From: an uncultured Erysipelotrichaceae bacterium
GTDB taxonomy: Bacteria; Bacillota_I; Bacilli_A; RF39; UBA660
Reading direction: 5' to 3'
Assembly: GCA_948442015.1 (NCBI GenBank)
Contig: CAOJRP010000006.1
Coordinates: 1 to 62,753, forward strand
Length of the DNA stretch: 62,753 nucleotides
Shown here: positions 11,010 through 21,467 of the stretch, one piece after another
Numbering within the stretch: the stretch's first letter is position 1
How the letters are laid out: each line of letters begins with the position of its first letter
Made by a program: the position numbers and the translations under genes
The notes under the pieces: generated by a model
What the model saw: only the letters and a program-made list of their open reading frames with translations
What the model was told of the DNA's origin: nothing
Databases searched by the model: none

Positions 11010-11843
11010 CTATTTCTTTTTCTTACGGCTAACAATTAGCTTACTAGACGCTTTCTTATTATTACGAGTTTTATATCCAAGTGCTGGTTTACCCCAAGGA
11101 GTAACTGGCCCTTTACGTCCGATAGGTGCACGACCTTCACCACCACCATGTGGATGGTCATTAGGGTTCATAACAGAACCACGATTTGTAGGACGAATTC
11201 CCATATGTCTTTTTCTTCCAGCTTTTCCTAAGTTTACTAGTTCATAGTCTTCATTTCCAACTACTCCGATAGTTGCCATACATGTTCCTAAAACTTTTCT
11301 TGTTTCACCAGATTGAAGTCTTAGCATAACATATTTGCCTTCTCTTCCTAGTATTTGAGCACTAGTTCCTGCACTACGACAAATTTCTGCTCCTTTACCA
11401 GGTTTTAGTTCGATACAATGAACTACTGTACCAACAGGAATATTTTCTAAAGGTAGGGCATTACCTACTTTGATATCGGCATTAACACCATTTTCAATAA
11501 TACTTCCTACTTCAATATCTTTTGGAGCAATAATATATCTTTTTTCTCCATCTTTATAAACTATTAAACAAATATTAGCATTTCTATTTGGGTCATATTC
11601 AACTGATGCAACACGACCAGGAACACCAATTTTGTTTCTTTTAAAATCAATCATTCTGTATTTTTGTTTAGCTCCACCACCAATGTGTTGAACCGTCATT
11701 CTACCTTGATTGTTTCTTCCACCTGTTTTGTTTTTTGAAACAAGTAGAGATTTTTCTGGAGTAGAAGTTGTAAGTTCTGTGTTAGCTAAAGTACTCATAC
11801 CACGACGACCATTAGTCGTTGGTTTATATTTCTTTATTGGCAT
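11010..11843 (-). CDS. rplB: 50S ribosomal protein L2
   Basis: [19 protein letters not shown]. Confidence 0.99.
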   Translation of the reverse strand: MPIKKYKPTTNGRRGMSTLANTELTTSTPEKSLLVSKNKTGGRNNQGRMTVQHIGGGAKQKYRMIDFKRNKIGVPGRVASVEYDPNRNANICLIVYKDGEKRYIIAPKDIEVGSIIENGVNADIKVGNALPLENIPVGTVVHCIELKPGKGAEICRSAGTSAQILGREGKYVMLRLQSGETRKVLGTCMATIGVVGNEDYELVNLGKAGRKRHMGIRPTNRGSVMNPNDHPHGGGEGRAPIGRKGPVTPWGKPALGYKTRNNKKASSKLIVSRKKKK

Positions 11844-11857
11844 TTTTTCCACTCCTT

Positions 11858-12133
11858 CTAAAATTCGATTTTGTCACCGTCTTTAACAGTAACAATTGCT
11901 TTCTTATAAGTTTTTGTCATTCCAGTATATCTTCCAACTCTTTTTTTCTTTGCTTTAGTATTTAATGTATTTACTTTCGTAACAGTTACTTTAAATGCTG
12001 CTTCAATAGCTTTTTTGATTTGAATTTTATTAGCACTTTTTGCTACTTTGAATGTATATACATTATTTTCAGAAACAGTTGCTGATTTTTCAGTAATTAC
12101 TGGAGCGATAATAATATCAGTATAATCTTTCAT
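11858..12133 (-). CDS. rplW: 50S ribosomal protein L23
   Basis: PVITEKS, YKKAIVT. Confidence 0.98.
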   Translation of the reverse strand: MKDYTDIIIAPVITEKSATVSENNVYTFKVAKSANKIQIKKAIEAAFKVTVTKVNTLNTKAKKKRVGRYTGMTKTYKKAIVTVKDGDKIEF

Positions 12134-12756
12134 TATTTAAGTGCCTCCTCAATCACAGATAGAGCAGCTTCTTCTACTACTAGAATATCGCTATTTACTA
12201 TATCTAAGCAGTTGATTTCATCTGCCATGATAGAATATGCATATCCTAAGTTTCTAGTAGCCATATATAAGTTTTCATTATCATCTTTGGTAACAAATAA
12301 TACTTTGCCATCAAGATTTAATGTCTTTAATATTTCTTTAACTTCTTTTGTTTTTAAAGTCTTTAGTGTAACATTATCAATTACAACTAATTCTTTATCA
12401 GTATATTTATGAGTTAAAGCTGATTTTAAAGCTAGTACTCTTTCTTTTTTATTCATTTTGAATGTGTAGTCTCTTGGAGTTACACCACCTGAGATTCCAC
12501 CACCACGCCATTGTGTAGCTCTTGTTGAACCTTGACGTGCACGACCTGTTCCTTTTTGCTTCCAAGGTTTTCTGCCACCACCAGATACTTCAGAACGAGT
12601 CTTTGTTTTAGCAGTTCCTTGTCTTAAAGCAGCAAGTTGTAAGTCGATTGCTTTTTTTAGAACAATATCGTTTACTTCGATTTTCCAAACACTATCAGCA
12701 AGTGTTATGTCTTTTAATTGTTCACCTTTAGTATTTATTAATTTAATCTTTGCCAT
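12133..12756 (-). CDS. rplD: 50S ribosomal protein L4
   Basis: [20 protein letters not shown]. Confidence 0.99.
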   Translation of the reverse strand: MAKIKLINTKGEQLKDITLADSVWKIEVNDIVLKKAIDLQLAALRQGTAKTKTRSEVSGGGRKPWKQKGTGRARQGSTRATQWRGGGISGGVTPRDYTFKMNKKERVLALKSALTHKYTDKELVVIDNVTLKTLKTKEVKEILKTLNLDGKVLFVTKDDNENLYMATRNLGYAYSIMADEINCLDIVNSDILVVEEAALSVIEEALK

Positions 12757-12780
12757 CTTTGATTCACCTTCCTAGCGTCT

Positions 12781-13611
12781 TTAAGCGCTTTCTCCTTGGT
12801 TATCATTTTCTGTAGTTTCTTCTTTAGCTTCTTCTGTTTCAGTAGTTTCAACGACTTCTTCTTTTGTTTCTTCAACTACTTCTTCAGTAACTTCTTCAGT
12901 ATTTTCAGTTTCAGTAGCAACTTCTTCTACTACTTCATCAACTACAGTTTCAGAAGCATAAGACATTAATTCTTTTGGAGTATTAGCTTTATCTTTTTTA
13001 ACAGCTGATTTGATTAAAACTAAAGCTCCTTTTGCTCCTGGAATATTTCCACTTACTAAAATATAATTTTCAGTAGTGTTTACTTCGATAATTTCAAGAT
13101 TTTGAATAGTTGTTGTGACATTACCCATATGTCCAGGTAATTTCTTACCAGGCATAACACGCATTGGTCGCATTGTTCCCATTGAACCTGGTCTTCTATG
13201 ATATCTTGAGCCATGTCCTGATGGTCCGCTTTTTTGACCATGTCTTTTGATAACACCTTGAAATCCTTTTCCTTTATTTGTTCCAGTGACATCAACATAT
13301 TCACCTGCTGTAAATATATCAACACCCACAGTATCTCCTAAATTATAAGTTCCTTCAAAGTTTCTAATTTCTTTTAAGAAGCGCTTAGGAGTTGTACCAG
13401 CTTTTTTAGCATGACCGATACTAGCTTTACTAGCATTTTTTTCTTTTTTGTCAACAGTCGCTAGTTGGATAGCACTATAGCCATCTGTTTCTTCTGTTCT
13501 TATTTGTGTAACAATGTTGGGACTTACAGATACTACTGTAACTGGAATTAATTTTCCATCTTTTGTAAACACCTGAGTCATTCCAACTTTGCGTCCTAAG
13601 ATTCCTTTCAT
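12781..13611 (-). CDS. rplC: 50S ribosomal protein L3 with acidic C-terminal extension
   Basis: [25 protein letters not shown]. Confidence 0.99.
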   Translation of the reverse strand: MKGILGRKVGMTQVFTKDGKLIPVTVVSVSPNIVTQIRTEETDGYSAIQLATVDKKEKNASKASIGHAKKAGTTPKRFLKEIRNFEGTYNLGDTVGVDIFTAGEYVDVTGTNKGKGFQGVIKRHGQKSGPSGHGSRYHRRPGSMGTMRPMRVMPGKKLPGHMGNVTTTIQNLEIIEVNTTENYILVSGNIPGAKGALVLIKSAVKKDKANTPKELMSYASETVVDEVVEEVATETENTEEVTEEVVEETKEEVVETTETEEAKEETTENDNQGESA

Positions 13612-13632
13612 TTTCTTACCTCCAATTATTTA

Positions 13633-13938
13633 TTATTTAATTTTGATATCAACACCACTTGGTAAATCCAAACGAGTTAATGCATCAACAGTTTCTTTAC
13701 TAGGATTTGTAATAACAATTAGTCTTTTATGAGTTCTCATTTCAAATTGTTCTCTTGAATCCTTGTATTTGTGAACAGCTCTTAGTACTGTAACTTTCTC
13801 AACTTCTGTTGGAAGTGGTACTGGTCCAGAAACTTCGCCACCTGTTCTTTTGATAGTTTCGACAATCTTAGCACATGCTTGGTCTAAAACACGATGGTCA
13901 TATGCTTTAAGATTGATACGAACTTTGTTACTTGACAT
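13633..13938 (-). CDS. rpsJ: 30S ribosomal protein S10 (start MSSNK)
   Basis: [26 protein letters not shown]; AAGGAGG RBS upstream of 13938. Confidence 0.99.
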   Translation of the reverse strand: MSSNKVRINLKAYDHRVLDQACAKIVETIKRTGGEVSGPVPLPTEVEKVTVLRAVHKYKDSREQFEMRTHKRLIVITNPSKETVDALTRLDLPSGVDIKIK

Positions 13939-14065
13939 TAACAATGTCCTCCTTTCGCCTATATCTAGTATAGACTCGCTCCGTAATGAATTACCTGATT
14001 TAGGAAAAGTATTTAACAACATCTCCTAGTGTATCAGCAACCTCACACATCTATGCAGTCATACA
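13939..14065 (-). promoter_or_regulatory. Bacilli-type rpsJ (S10 operon) 5' leader RNA
   Basis: Minus strand reads GAGGTTGCTGATACAC...TCAGG...ACGGAGC..GTCTA...TAGGCGAAAGGAGG, matching blocks I recall from the Bacillus rpsJ leader. Confidence 0.75.
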
Positions 14066-14071
14066 AGATTA

Positions 14072-14100
14072 ATGTTACCATTAAATTATATGAAATGCAA
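14072..14100 (-). promoter_or_regulatory. Sigma-A promoter of the S10 operon
   Basis: TTGCAT-17 bp-TAACAT with extended -10 TG. Confidence 0.75.
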
Positions 14101-14169
14101 GCATTTTTTTGCAGTTTTTGACAATTTTTTTGAGAATGAAAAAAGTACTCAAATTTAAGTACTTAATCC

Positions 14170-14811
14170 TTATTTTTTATTTATACTTATAGTTAAACTT
14201 TGATTGTTGTCATATTCATTAATTATCTCTTCAAAAGTACTATCCCAAATTTCTTTTTGAATTTGTTCTAAAGTTTTATCGTAATTATTATCTTCACTTA
14301 CAACAATTTCTTTCAGTAAAGTTTCTTTATTATGTTTATTATTTTCTATTTTTTGTAATTTTTCGTTTTCTATTGCAATAACTTGGGTTAATTTCGCAAC
14401 CATTTTTTCAATATATTGCAATGCTAAATCTGTATTTTTTAAATCTTCATCTAAATTATCAGGAAAACTTATTTTATCACCTTTATTAAAAATCTTAGCC
14501 TTTATTGCAAAAGCAATTAACAAATTAGCAATAAATGTAAAAACTGTAAGATTTCCCATAATCAATAAAGTAATTACACTTGTAGCCATCATAATTAACA
14601 TTGTTATTATTTTTTCTTTTTTCATTTCTTTTAGTTGTTCTTTTTGACTTTCTAATGCTTGAATTTGAGTTGTTAATTCTCTTTCTGCTATTTGAAAATT
14701 ATTTAAATCTTTAGAAAGTTTCGAAATAATAAACTTTTGGAGTTTTAATTGGTTCTTTATTATAAAATACTTAGAAATTAAATTATTATTAGAAGAATTG
14801 TTATTTTTCAT
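14170..14811 (-). CDS. Hypothetical coiled-coil protein with central hydrophobic hairpin
   Basis: Long ORF; hydrophobic segment IITMLIMMATSVITLLIMG...LLIAFAI. Confidence 0.75.
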   Translation of the reverse strand: MKNNNSSNNNLISKYFIIKNQLKLQKFIISKLSKDLNNFQIAERELTTQIQALESQKEQLKEMKKEKIITMLIMMATSVITLLIMGNLTVFTFIANLLIAFAIKAKIFNKGDKISFPDNLDEDLKNTDLALQYIEKMVAKLTQVIAIENEKLQKIENNKHNKETLLKEIVVSEDNNYDKTLEQIQKEIWDSTFEEIINEYDNNQSLTISINKK

Positions 14812-14937
14812 AATATCACCACTCAATTGCTTTTACATCCTACAATCTTTTCTATCACTTGTCAATGAATTTCAAATGTAACAAAGCGTATACTAAATAT
14901 ATTATATGTGTTAAAATATTTGAAACGAGAAAGAAAT

Positions 14938-15748
14938 ATGAGTTTTTATATAGGAAATAATAGAGCTATGATTTCATTAGGGCCACTTAATAAATTACAA
15001 TATTGTCCTTTTAAATGTAAATTTTGTTATGTTAATAATGGTTTTAATAGTTATAATGCTCTAACTGATGAAGAAATACTAGACTTTTTAATGAAAAGTA
15101 GGCAATATTATGAAATTGTATATATAAGTGGTGATACAGATAGTTTTGCTCCTCCTAGAACACAAAGAGCAATTAAACTTTTAGAAAAAATATTAATTAA
15201 TATAGATGTTGATGTTTTATTTACTACTAGAACAATTTTTAATAACAAAGATTTGACGAAACTAAAAGAAATTAATGAAAAATTTAAACAAAAAAATAGA
15301 AATTTATATGCCTGTATTTCTATTTCTCGATTAATACTTACTCCCAAATTGAATCAAAAAACACGCCTTCCCCATTAGAAAGAATTGTGTGTATTAAAAA
15401 TCTATATGAAAATGGAATTGAAACGATTTTAGCTATGCGACCTTTTCTTCCAATTATAGAACTTAAAGAATATAAAGAACTTATCGATTGTTGTAAAGAT
15501 TATATAAAAGTAGTTCTAGGAGAAGGTTGATATACTACCAAAGAAATGCTTAAAAATATATGTAAAGATAAATAATTAACAAAAATGATTTTAAAAGTCA
15601 TAAAATGGATTTTGATAACAACGATATAAAATGGTTGTATTATGAACCTAAAAGTACTATTAAAGAAATAGATGAATATTGTCAAAAATTAAGTATTGCT
15701 TTCTTTATGAGAAGTAAACCTGCAATAGATTACTTGAATAATAAATAA
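14938..15748 (+). pseudogene. Radical SAM protein pseudogene (SPL-like), two frameshifts and a nonsense codon
   Basis: CPFKCKFC motif. After ~15333 the reading continues in another frame (..PSPLERIVCIKNLYENGIETILAMRPFLP..VLGEG), hits TGA at 15528-15530, then shifts again to ..FFMRSKPAIDYLNNK* ending 15748. Confidence 0.8.
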
Positions 15749-15771
15749 CTTTAGCAAACAAAAAAGTGATT

Positions 15772-16674
15772 TTACTCACCTTCAATATATTTACTAGCAT
15801 TTATAGCAGCAATAGCGCCTTCTCCACAAGATGTAATAATTTGATAAATATCTTTTTTAACAATATCTCCTACTGCAAAAATACCTTTAATATTGGTTTC
15901 ATTATTACAATCTACTAAAATATAGCCATTTTCATCTAAAATATTTAAAGTATTAACAAATGAAGTCATTGGAACAAATCCAATATAAGTAAATAAACAA
16001 GCTATATCTATTTTATTTTTATCATTGATAGTTATACTTTTTATTCTGTCATTTTCTTTATCTATTGCCGTTATATTACTATTATAAATAATTTCAATGT
16101 TATTCTTTTTATCTAAACACTTAACAAGTTTATCATCTGCTCTTAAGGCATCTCTTCGATGAATAATATATACTTTTTCACAAATATTACTTAAATAAAT
16201 TGCTTCACTTATAGCACTATTGCCGCCTCCTACAACAGCCACAACTTTATCTTTATACAAAGCACCATCACAAATAGCACAAGTACTTATACCTTTACCA
16301 TACAACTCTTTTTCATTTTCAAGCCCTAGTTTTTTAGGACTTCTTCCAGTTGCAATAATCACTGTTTTTGTATAGTAATATTCATCATCCGAAATTATAA
16401 CTTTTTTTAAATCATTTTCGATAATTATTCTTTCAACAGTTTTTGTTTTATAGTCAACTTCTAAACTCTTTAATTGCTCAAACATTTTGAAAGCTAAATC
16501 AGAGCCACTAATATTTGTTTCTCCAGGAAAGTTATCCACATTATCAATATAGTTTAAAAGACCCCCTGGCATACTTTTTTCAAGACATAAAACGTTTAAA
16601 CCACTTCTTTTTGCATAAATTGCCGCTGTTATTCCAGCAGGTCCCATACCAACAATTATCAAATCGTATTTCAT
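15772..16674 (-). CDS. trxB: Thioredoxin reductase
   Basis: GMGPAG, CAICDG, VGGGNSA, GIFAVGD. Confidence 0.93.
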   Translation of the reverse strand: MKYDLIIVGMGPAGITAAIYAKRSGLNVLCLEKSMPGGLLNYIDNVDNFPGETNISGSDLAFKMFEQLKSLEVDYKTKTVERIIIENDLKKVIISDDEYYYTKTVIIATGRSPKKLGLENEKELYGKGISTCAICDGALYKDKVVAVVGGGNSAISEAIYLSNICEKVYIIHRRDALRADDKLVKCLDKKNNIEIIYNSNITAIDKENDRIKSITINDKNKIDIACLFTYIGFVPMTSFVNTLNILDENGYILVDCNNETNIKGIFAVGDIVKKDIYQIITSCGEGAIAAINASKYIEGE

Positions 16675-16676
16675 GA

Positions 16677-17492
16677 TTACCACCTTATCCCTTTATCATC
16701 TACTTCATTATATAAATCCTCAAAATGTCCTTTTCTCGTTTGACTTAATATCAAAGCAAGACCAATAAAAATTAAAATAACAGAAATAACTTGAGCCACT
16801 TTAAAACCACCAAACATTAAAGAATCTGTTCTACTAATTTCTATGAAAAATCTTCCGACACTATACCATATTAAATAAACACCTGTTATTTGTCCCGTTT
16901 TAATATATTTGAATTTTCTAATAATTATAAGAACTATAAAGCCGAGTAAACACCATAATGATTCATAAAAAAATGTTGGTTGATAATAAATACCATCTAT
17001 TTGCATTCCATTTATAACAAAATTAGGTAAAATCCATATTTCTTTTAAGGAAGCTAAGTTAGTTGCAACACCATGAGCTTCCCCATTAAAGAAGTTACCC
17101 CATCTTCCAATAGCTTGCCCAAGAATTAAAGAGACAACAATAATATCTGTCATTTTAAGTATACGTACTCCGTATCTTTTACAATAAATATATACAGTAA
17201 TAAAACCTGCAATTATTCCACCATGTATTGCAAGTCCACCTTCCCAAACTTTAAAAATCGATAATATATCATTTTGATAACTAGAAAAATTAAATATAAC
17301 ATAATAAGCCCGAGCTCCAATAAGGGAAAATATTATTGTCCAAAAAGCTAAATTGAAAACAAAATCATTAGGAAGGCTAAATTTTAGTGCTTCTCTTTGG
17401 GCTAGTTTAATACCAATTATAATGGCTAATAATATTAAAACAGAATACCATCTTATCTCAAAATTTCCTATATTAAATAAAACTGGGTTCAT
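16677..17492 (-). CDS. lgt: Prolipoprotein diacylglyceryl transferase
   Basis: IRWY, GGLAIHGG, GQAIGRWGNFFN, PTFFYES. Confidence 0.97.
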   Translation of the reverse strand: MNPVLFNIGNFEIRWYSVLILLAIIIGIKLAQREALKFSLPNDFVFNLAFWTIIFSLIGARAYYVIFNFSSYQNDILSIFKVWEGGLAIHGGIIAGFITVYIYCKRYGVRILKMTDIIVVSLILGQAIGRWGNFFNGEAHGVATNLASLKEIWILPNFVINGMQIDGIYYQPTFFYESLWCLLGFIVLIIIRKFKYIKTGQITGVYLIWYSVGRFFIEISRTDSLMFGGFKVAQVISVILIFIGLALILSQTRKGHFEDLYNEVDDKGIRW

Positions 17493-17761
17493 AATATCTC
17501 CTCATATTTCTATGTTTTAAGTTTATCATTTTTCAAGTTAATTGGAAAGAAATTCTTTTAAAAATCTTTATATTACAATTTTTTTTATAAATATTATAAG
17601 GCACAATGTTTTAAAAAATAGCAAATTTTTAATCATGAATTTATGACAATTTATTTTCAAAACTCATAAAAATAACATTTGATACACAATTTGCTTAATT
17701 AAATATTAGATTCCAAGAAAAATTTATAGTTGTACTAAGATACACGTCATATTCACTTAAC

Positions 17762-17795
17762 AAAAAAGTTTGCATTTTTCCTCGCAAACTTTTTT
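17762..17795 (-). terminator. Rho-independent terminator after uvrA
   Basis: aaaaaagtttgc-loop-gcaaactttttt inverted repeat. Confidence 0.8.
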
Positions 17796-17796
17796 A

Positions 17797-20604
17797 TTAT
17801 TTCAATATCTTTTTTAAAAATTGCCCTGTATATGACTCTTTTACTTTACAAATTTCTTCTGGAGTGCCTTTTGCTATAATAGTACCGCCATCATTTCCGC
17901 CTTCAGGTCCCAAATCAATGATATAATCCGCAACTTTGATAACATCTAGATTATGTTCTATAACAATTACGGTATCACCATTATCAACAATTCTTTGTAA
18001 AATTATTAACAATTTTTTTATATCATCAGAGTGTAATCCAGTTGTAGGTTCATCTAAGATAAAAACACTTTTCCCTGTAGCTTTCTTTTGTAATTCTTTT
18101 GCGAGTTTTACTCGTCCTGCCTCTCCACCTGAAAGTGTTGGGGCACTCTGTCCAAGTTCAATATAAGAAAGTCCTACATCTTGCATAACTTGTAATTTAT
18201 TTCTTACTTTTGGAATGCTATCAAAAAATTCTAAAGCTTCTTGTACTCGCATTTTTAAAACGTCATAAATGCTTTTATCTTTAAATTTAACATCTAAAGT
18301 CTCTTTATTATATCTTGTTCCATGACATACTTCACAAGGAACATAAACGTCAGGTAAGAAATTCATTTCAATTTTCTTAACTCCATCCCCAAAACAAGCT
18401 TCACATCTACCACCTTTTACGTTAAAAGAAAATCTATTTTTACCATAACCGCGCATTTTGGATTCTTTCATATTAGCAAAAACATCACGAATATCATCAA
18501 ACACTCCAACATAAGTAGCAGGATTACTTCTTGGAGTTCGACCTATTGGGTCTTGAGTAATATGAACTATTTTATCAATATTATCCATTCCTTTAATTTC
18601 TTTACAATCTCCCACAATAGTTTTTGATTTATAAACTTTTTTAGTTAAAGCATTATATAAAATATCATTGACTAAAGTCGATTTACCACTTCCTGATACT
18701 CCTGTGACACAAGTAAAAACTCCTAATGGAAATTTTACAGAAATATTTTTTAAATTATGTTCTTTAGCTCCTTTAATTTCTAAAAATTTACCATTCCCTT
18801 TTCTTCTTTTCTTAGGAACATCAATTTTTTCAACTCCAGTTAAATATCTTCCTGTTAAAGAATTTTTATTTGCCATAACTTCTTTTGGTGTTCCACAAGC
18901 TATTAGTCTTCCGCCTTCTGTTCCAGCACCTGGTCCAATATCGACTAAGAAATCGGCCGCTAGCATCGTATCAGTATCATGTTCAACAACAATTAAAGTA
19001 TTACCTAAATCACGCATTTCTTTCATTGAAGTAATTAACTTTTCATTATCTCTTTGATGTAGTCCAATACTTGGTTCATCTAAAACATATAAAACACCAC
19101 TTAATTTACTTCCTATTTGCGTAGCAAGTCTTATTCTTTGAGCTTCGCCACCAGATAAAGTTCCTGCACTACGTTCTAATGTAATGTACCCAAGACCAAC
19201 ATTATTCAAAAACTCTAATCGATTACATATTTCTTTAACTAAAAGTTCACTAATTTGTTTATGTTCTTCACTTAATTTTAAATTTTTCATAAACTTATAT
19301 AATTCAGCAATACTTAAAGATGTCATATCATAAATATTTTTCTTATTAATATAAACATTTAAAACATCTTTTTTAAGTCTTGTTCCATGACATAAAGGAC
19401 ACTCAGTCTCAACCATAAAAGTTTCTATCCATTCTCTAATCCATCCCGAATTAGTTTCTAATTGTCTTCTTTCTAAGTTGTTTATAACACCTTCATAATA
19501 ATCTTTCTTTGTTCTAAAATTACCATTTTTAGAGTAATATTTAAATTCCATAATATCGGGAGAACCATAAAGAATAATATCCATTTTTTCTTTAGAAATA
19601 TTCTTTATTGGTGTATCTAAATCAATATCATAATAACTAGCCACAGTTTCAACTTCGGTAAAAGTCGTATTTTGGTCTTCTTTTAAAACAACAATTCCTC
19701 CATCTCGAATACTTTTATTTTTGTCAGGAATTAATAATTCCTCATTAATTTTCATTTTCATTCCTAACCCATTACATTCAGGACATGCCCCAAATGGGGA
19801 GTTAAAAGAAAACATTCTTGTTTCAAGTTTTGGAATCGAATAATTACAATGGACACAAGCATAGTTTTCACTCATTAAAAGTTCTTCGCCACCAATTATG
19901 TTAAATAAAACCATACCATCAGCTAACTTTGTACTAGTTTCAATAGCTTCAAATATTCTAGTTCTTGCTTCACTTTTAACAACTATTCTATCAACTATTA
20001 CTTCTATTGTATCTTTTTTATTTTTTTCTAATTTTATATCATCTGATAAATCATAGACTTTGCCATTCACTCTTACTCTTGCATAACCTTTAACTCTTAA
20101 ATCATCTAGAATAGCTACATGACTACCTTTTTCCGAACGAACTACTGGAGCCATGATTTCTATTTTTGTACCACTTTCAAAGTCTAATATTTTATTAGTC
20201 ATTTCTTCAATACTTTGACTTTTAATTGGTTCGTGATGATTAGGACAATAAGGAACACCAATTCTCGCATACAAAAGTCTTAAATAATCATAAATTTCGG
20301 TAATTGTACCAACTGTACTTCGAGGATTATTATTAGTACTTTTTTGGTCAATACTAATACTTGGACTCAAACCTTCTATTGAATCCACATCTGGTTTACT
20401 AGTCCCTCCTAGAAATTGTCTTGCATAAGCCGATAAACTCTCAACATATCTTCGTTGTCCTTCGGCATAAATCGTATCAAAAGCTAAACTACTTTTTCCA
20501 CTTCCTGATACTCCTGTCATAACAACTAAAGAATTTTTAGGTATTTCAATATCAATATTCTTTAAATTATTTTCTCTTGCCCCTTTAATAATTATTTTAT
20601 CCAT
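17797..20604 (-). CDS. uvrA: Excinuclease ABC subunit A
   Basis: Two ABC ATPase modules (GVSGSGKS twice, LSGGEAQRIRLA) and zinc fingers. Confidence 0.99.
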   Translation of the reverse strand: MDKIIIKGARENNLKNIDIEIPKNSLVVMTGVSGSGKSSLAFDTIYAEGQRRYVESLSAYARQFLGGTSKPDVDSIEGLSPSISIDQKSTNNNPRSTVGTITEIYDYLRLLYARIGVPYCPNHHEPIKSQSIEEMTNKILDFESGTKIEIMAPVVRSEKGSHVAILDDLRVKGYARVRVNGKVYDLSDDIKLEKNKKDTIEVIVDRIVVKSEARTRIFEAIETSTKLADGMVLFNIIGGEELLMSENYACVHCNYSIPKLETRMFSFNSPFGACPECNGLGMKMKINEELLIPDKNKSIRDGGIVVLKEDQNTTFTEVETVASYYDIDLDTPIKNISKEKMDIILYGSPDIMEFKYYSKNGNFRTKKDYYEGVINNLERRQLETNSGWIREWIETFMVETECPLCHGTRLKKDVLNVYINKKNIYDMTSLSIAELYKFMKNLKLSEEHKQISELLVKEICNRLEFLNNVGLGYITLERSAGTLSGGEAQRIRLATQIGSKLSGVLYVLDEPSIGLHQRDNEKLITSMKEMRDLGNTLIVVEHDTDTMLAADFLVDIGPGAGTEGGRLIACGTPKEVMANKNSLTGRYLTGVEKIDVPKKRRKGNGKFLEIKGAKEHNLKNISVKFPLGVFTCVTGVSGSGKSTLVNDILYNALTKKVYKSKTIVGDCKEIKGMDNIDKIVHITQDPIGRTPRSNPATYVGVFDDIRDVFANMKESKMRGYGKNRFSFNVKGGRCEACFGDGVKKIEMNFLPDVYVPCEVCHGTRYNKETLDVKFKDKSIYDVLKMRVQEALEFFDSIPKVRNKLQVMQDVGLSYIELGQSAPTLSGGEAGRVKLAKELQKKATGKSVFILDEPTTGLHSDDIKKLLIILQRIVDNGDTVIVIEHNLDVIKVADYIIDLGPEGGNDGGTIIAKGTPEEICKVKESYTGQFLKKILK

Positions 20605-21401
20605 TACCTCTCACCTCGATAGAATGTACATTTTTTACATAATTCATGTACTTTTTTATTTTTTAAGAAACCTTCATTTATAGTTTTAAATAAATTGCTA
20701 TTTATTATATCATTTAATTCATTTTTGTAAATATTTCCTAAGTTAATTTGCCCATTATTATCTAGACAACAAGGAACTACGGTCCCATCAACTAAGATTC
20801 CAATATGACTTCTAGTTCCCATACAAGTTCCTATTTCATTATTTTCTTTACTAATACTAGGCCAAGTGAATGTTTCATCAAAATCTAAATAAGTATTAGT
20901 TTTAAGTTTAATATGTTCATTTTTAATACTTACTTTATAATAACTCTCTAACTTGTTAATAACTTCTTCTTTATCCCCAAAGTTTATCCATAAACGATAA
21001 TTAATGTAAGAACCTTTTATAACTAATTTATCACAAACACAAAATATATCATCTAAATAGTCATCTAAACTTTTTCCGTATTTTTGATTAAAGCTATGTA
21101 ATGATATATTAACCTGCCTTATATTAGTATTATTCGCAATATTTTTAATTAAATAACCATTAGTTGTAATATTTATATAAAAATCACAACTAGCAATATC
21201 AATTAGTTCATTTATATCTTTATGTAATAATGGTTCTCCCATAATATGAAAATATAAATAATTAGTATAACCTTTTAATTTCTTTAGTAATTTCTTAAAT
21301 CTGGGAATAGTTATATATTCTTTTTTCCGATTATTTCTTGGGCAAAAAGAACAAGTCAAATTACAATCATTAGTTATTTCCACATAAATTTTTTTAAACA
21401 T
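20604..21401 (-). CDS. Radical SAM/SPASM (twitch) domain protein
   Basis: CNLTCSFC; DGTVVPCCLD...LGNI...CKKC. Confidence 0.92.
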   Translation of the reverse strand: MFKKIYVEITNDCNLTCSFCPRNNRKKEYITIPRFKKLLKKLKGYTNYLYFHIMGEPLLHKDINELIDIASCDFYINITTNGYLIKNIANNTNIRQVNISLHSFNQKYGKSLDDYLDDIFCVCDKLVIKGSYINYRLWINFGDKEEVINKLESYYKVSIKNEHIKLKTNTYLDFDETFTWPSISKENNEIGTCMGTRSHIGILVDGTVVPCCLDNNGQINLGNIYKNELNDIINSNLFKTINEGFLKNKKVHELCKKCTFYRGER

Positions 21402-21467
21402 AACTTCCACCTGTTTAATTATAATATAAAATATTTGTTCGTGTCAATTGCTTTTAAAAAAAGATAT

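Noticed and set aside
3846-13325. Antisense and alternative-frame ORFs overlapping ribosomal protein and secY genes (e.g. 5410-5805, 8114-8431, 10144-10476, 13080-13325)
   Set aside because: They are shadow ORFs of well-conserved genes, with no RBS or motif support.
13939-14022. N-terminal extension of S10 and similar upstream starts in the ORF track (rplO, rplP, rpsZ, rplX, int)
   Set aside because: RBS positions and homology indicate the downstream ATG starts.
15528-15530. TGA read as Trp (genetic code 4) in the radical SAM gene
   Set aside because: TGG is used for Trp throughout the window, TGA ends genes such as rlmH, and the same gene also has frameshifts, so this is a nonsense mutation.
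17493-17760. ncRNA or hprK remnant between uvrA and lgt
   Set aside because: The spacer is AT-rich with no recognisable structure or coding remnant.
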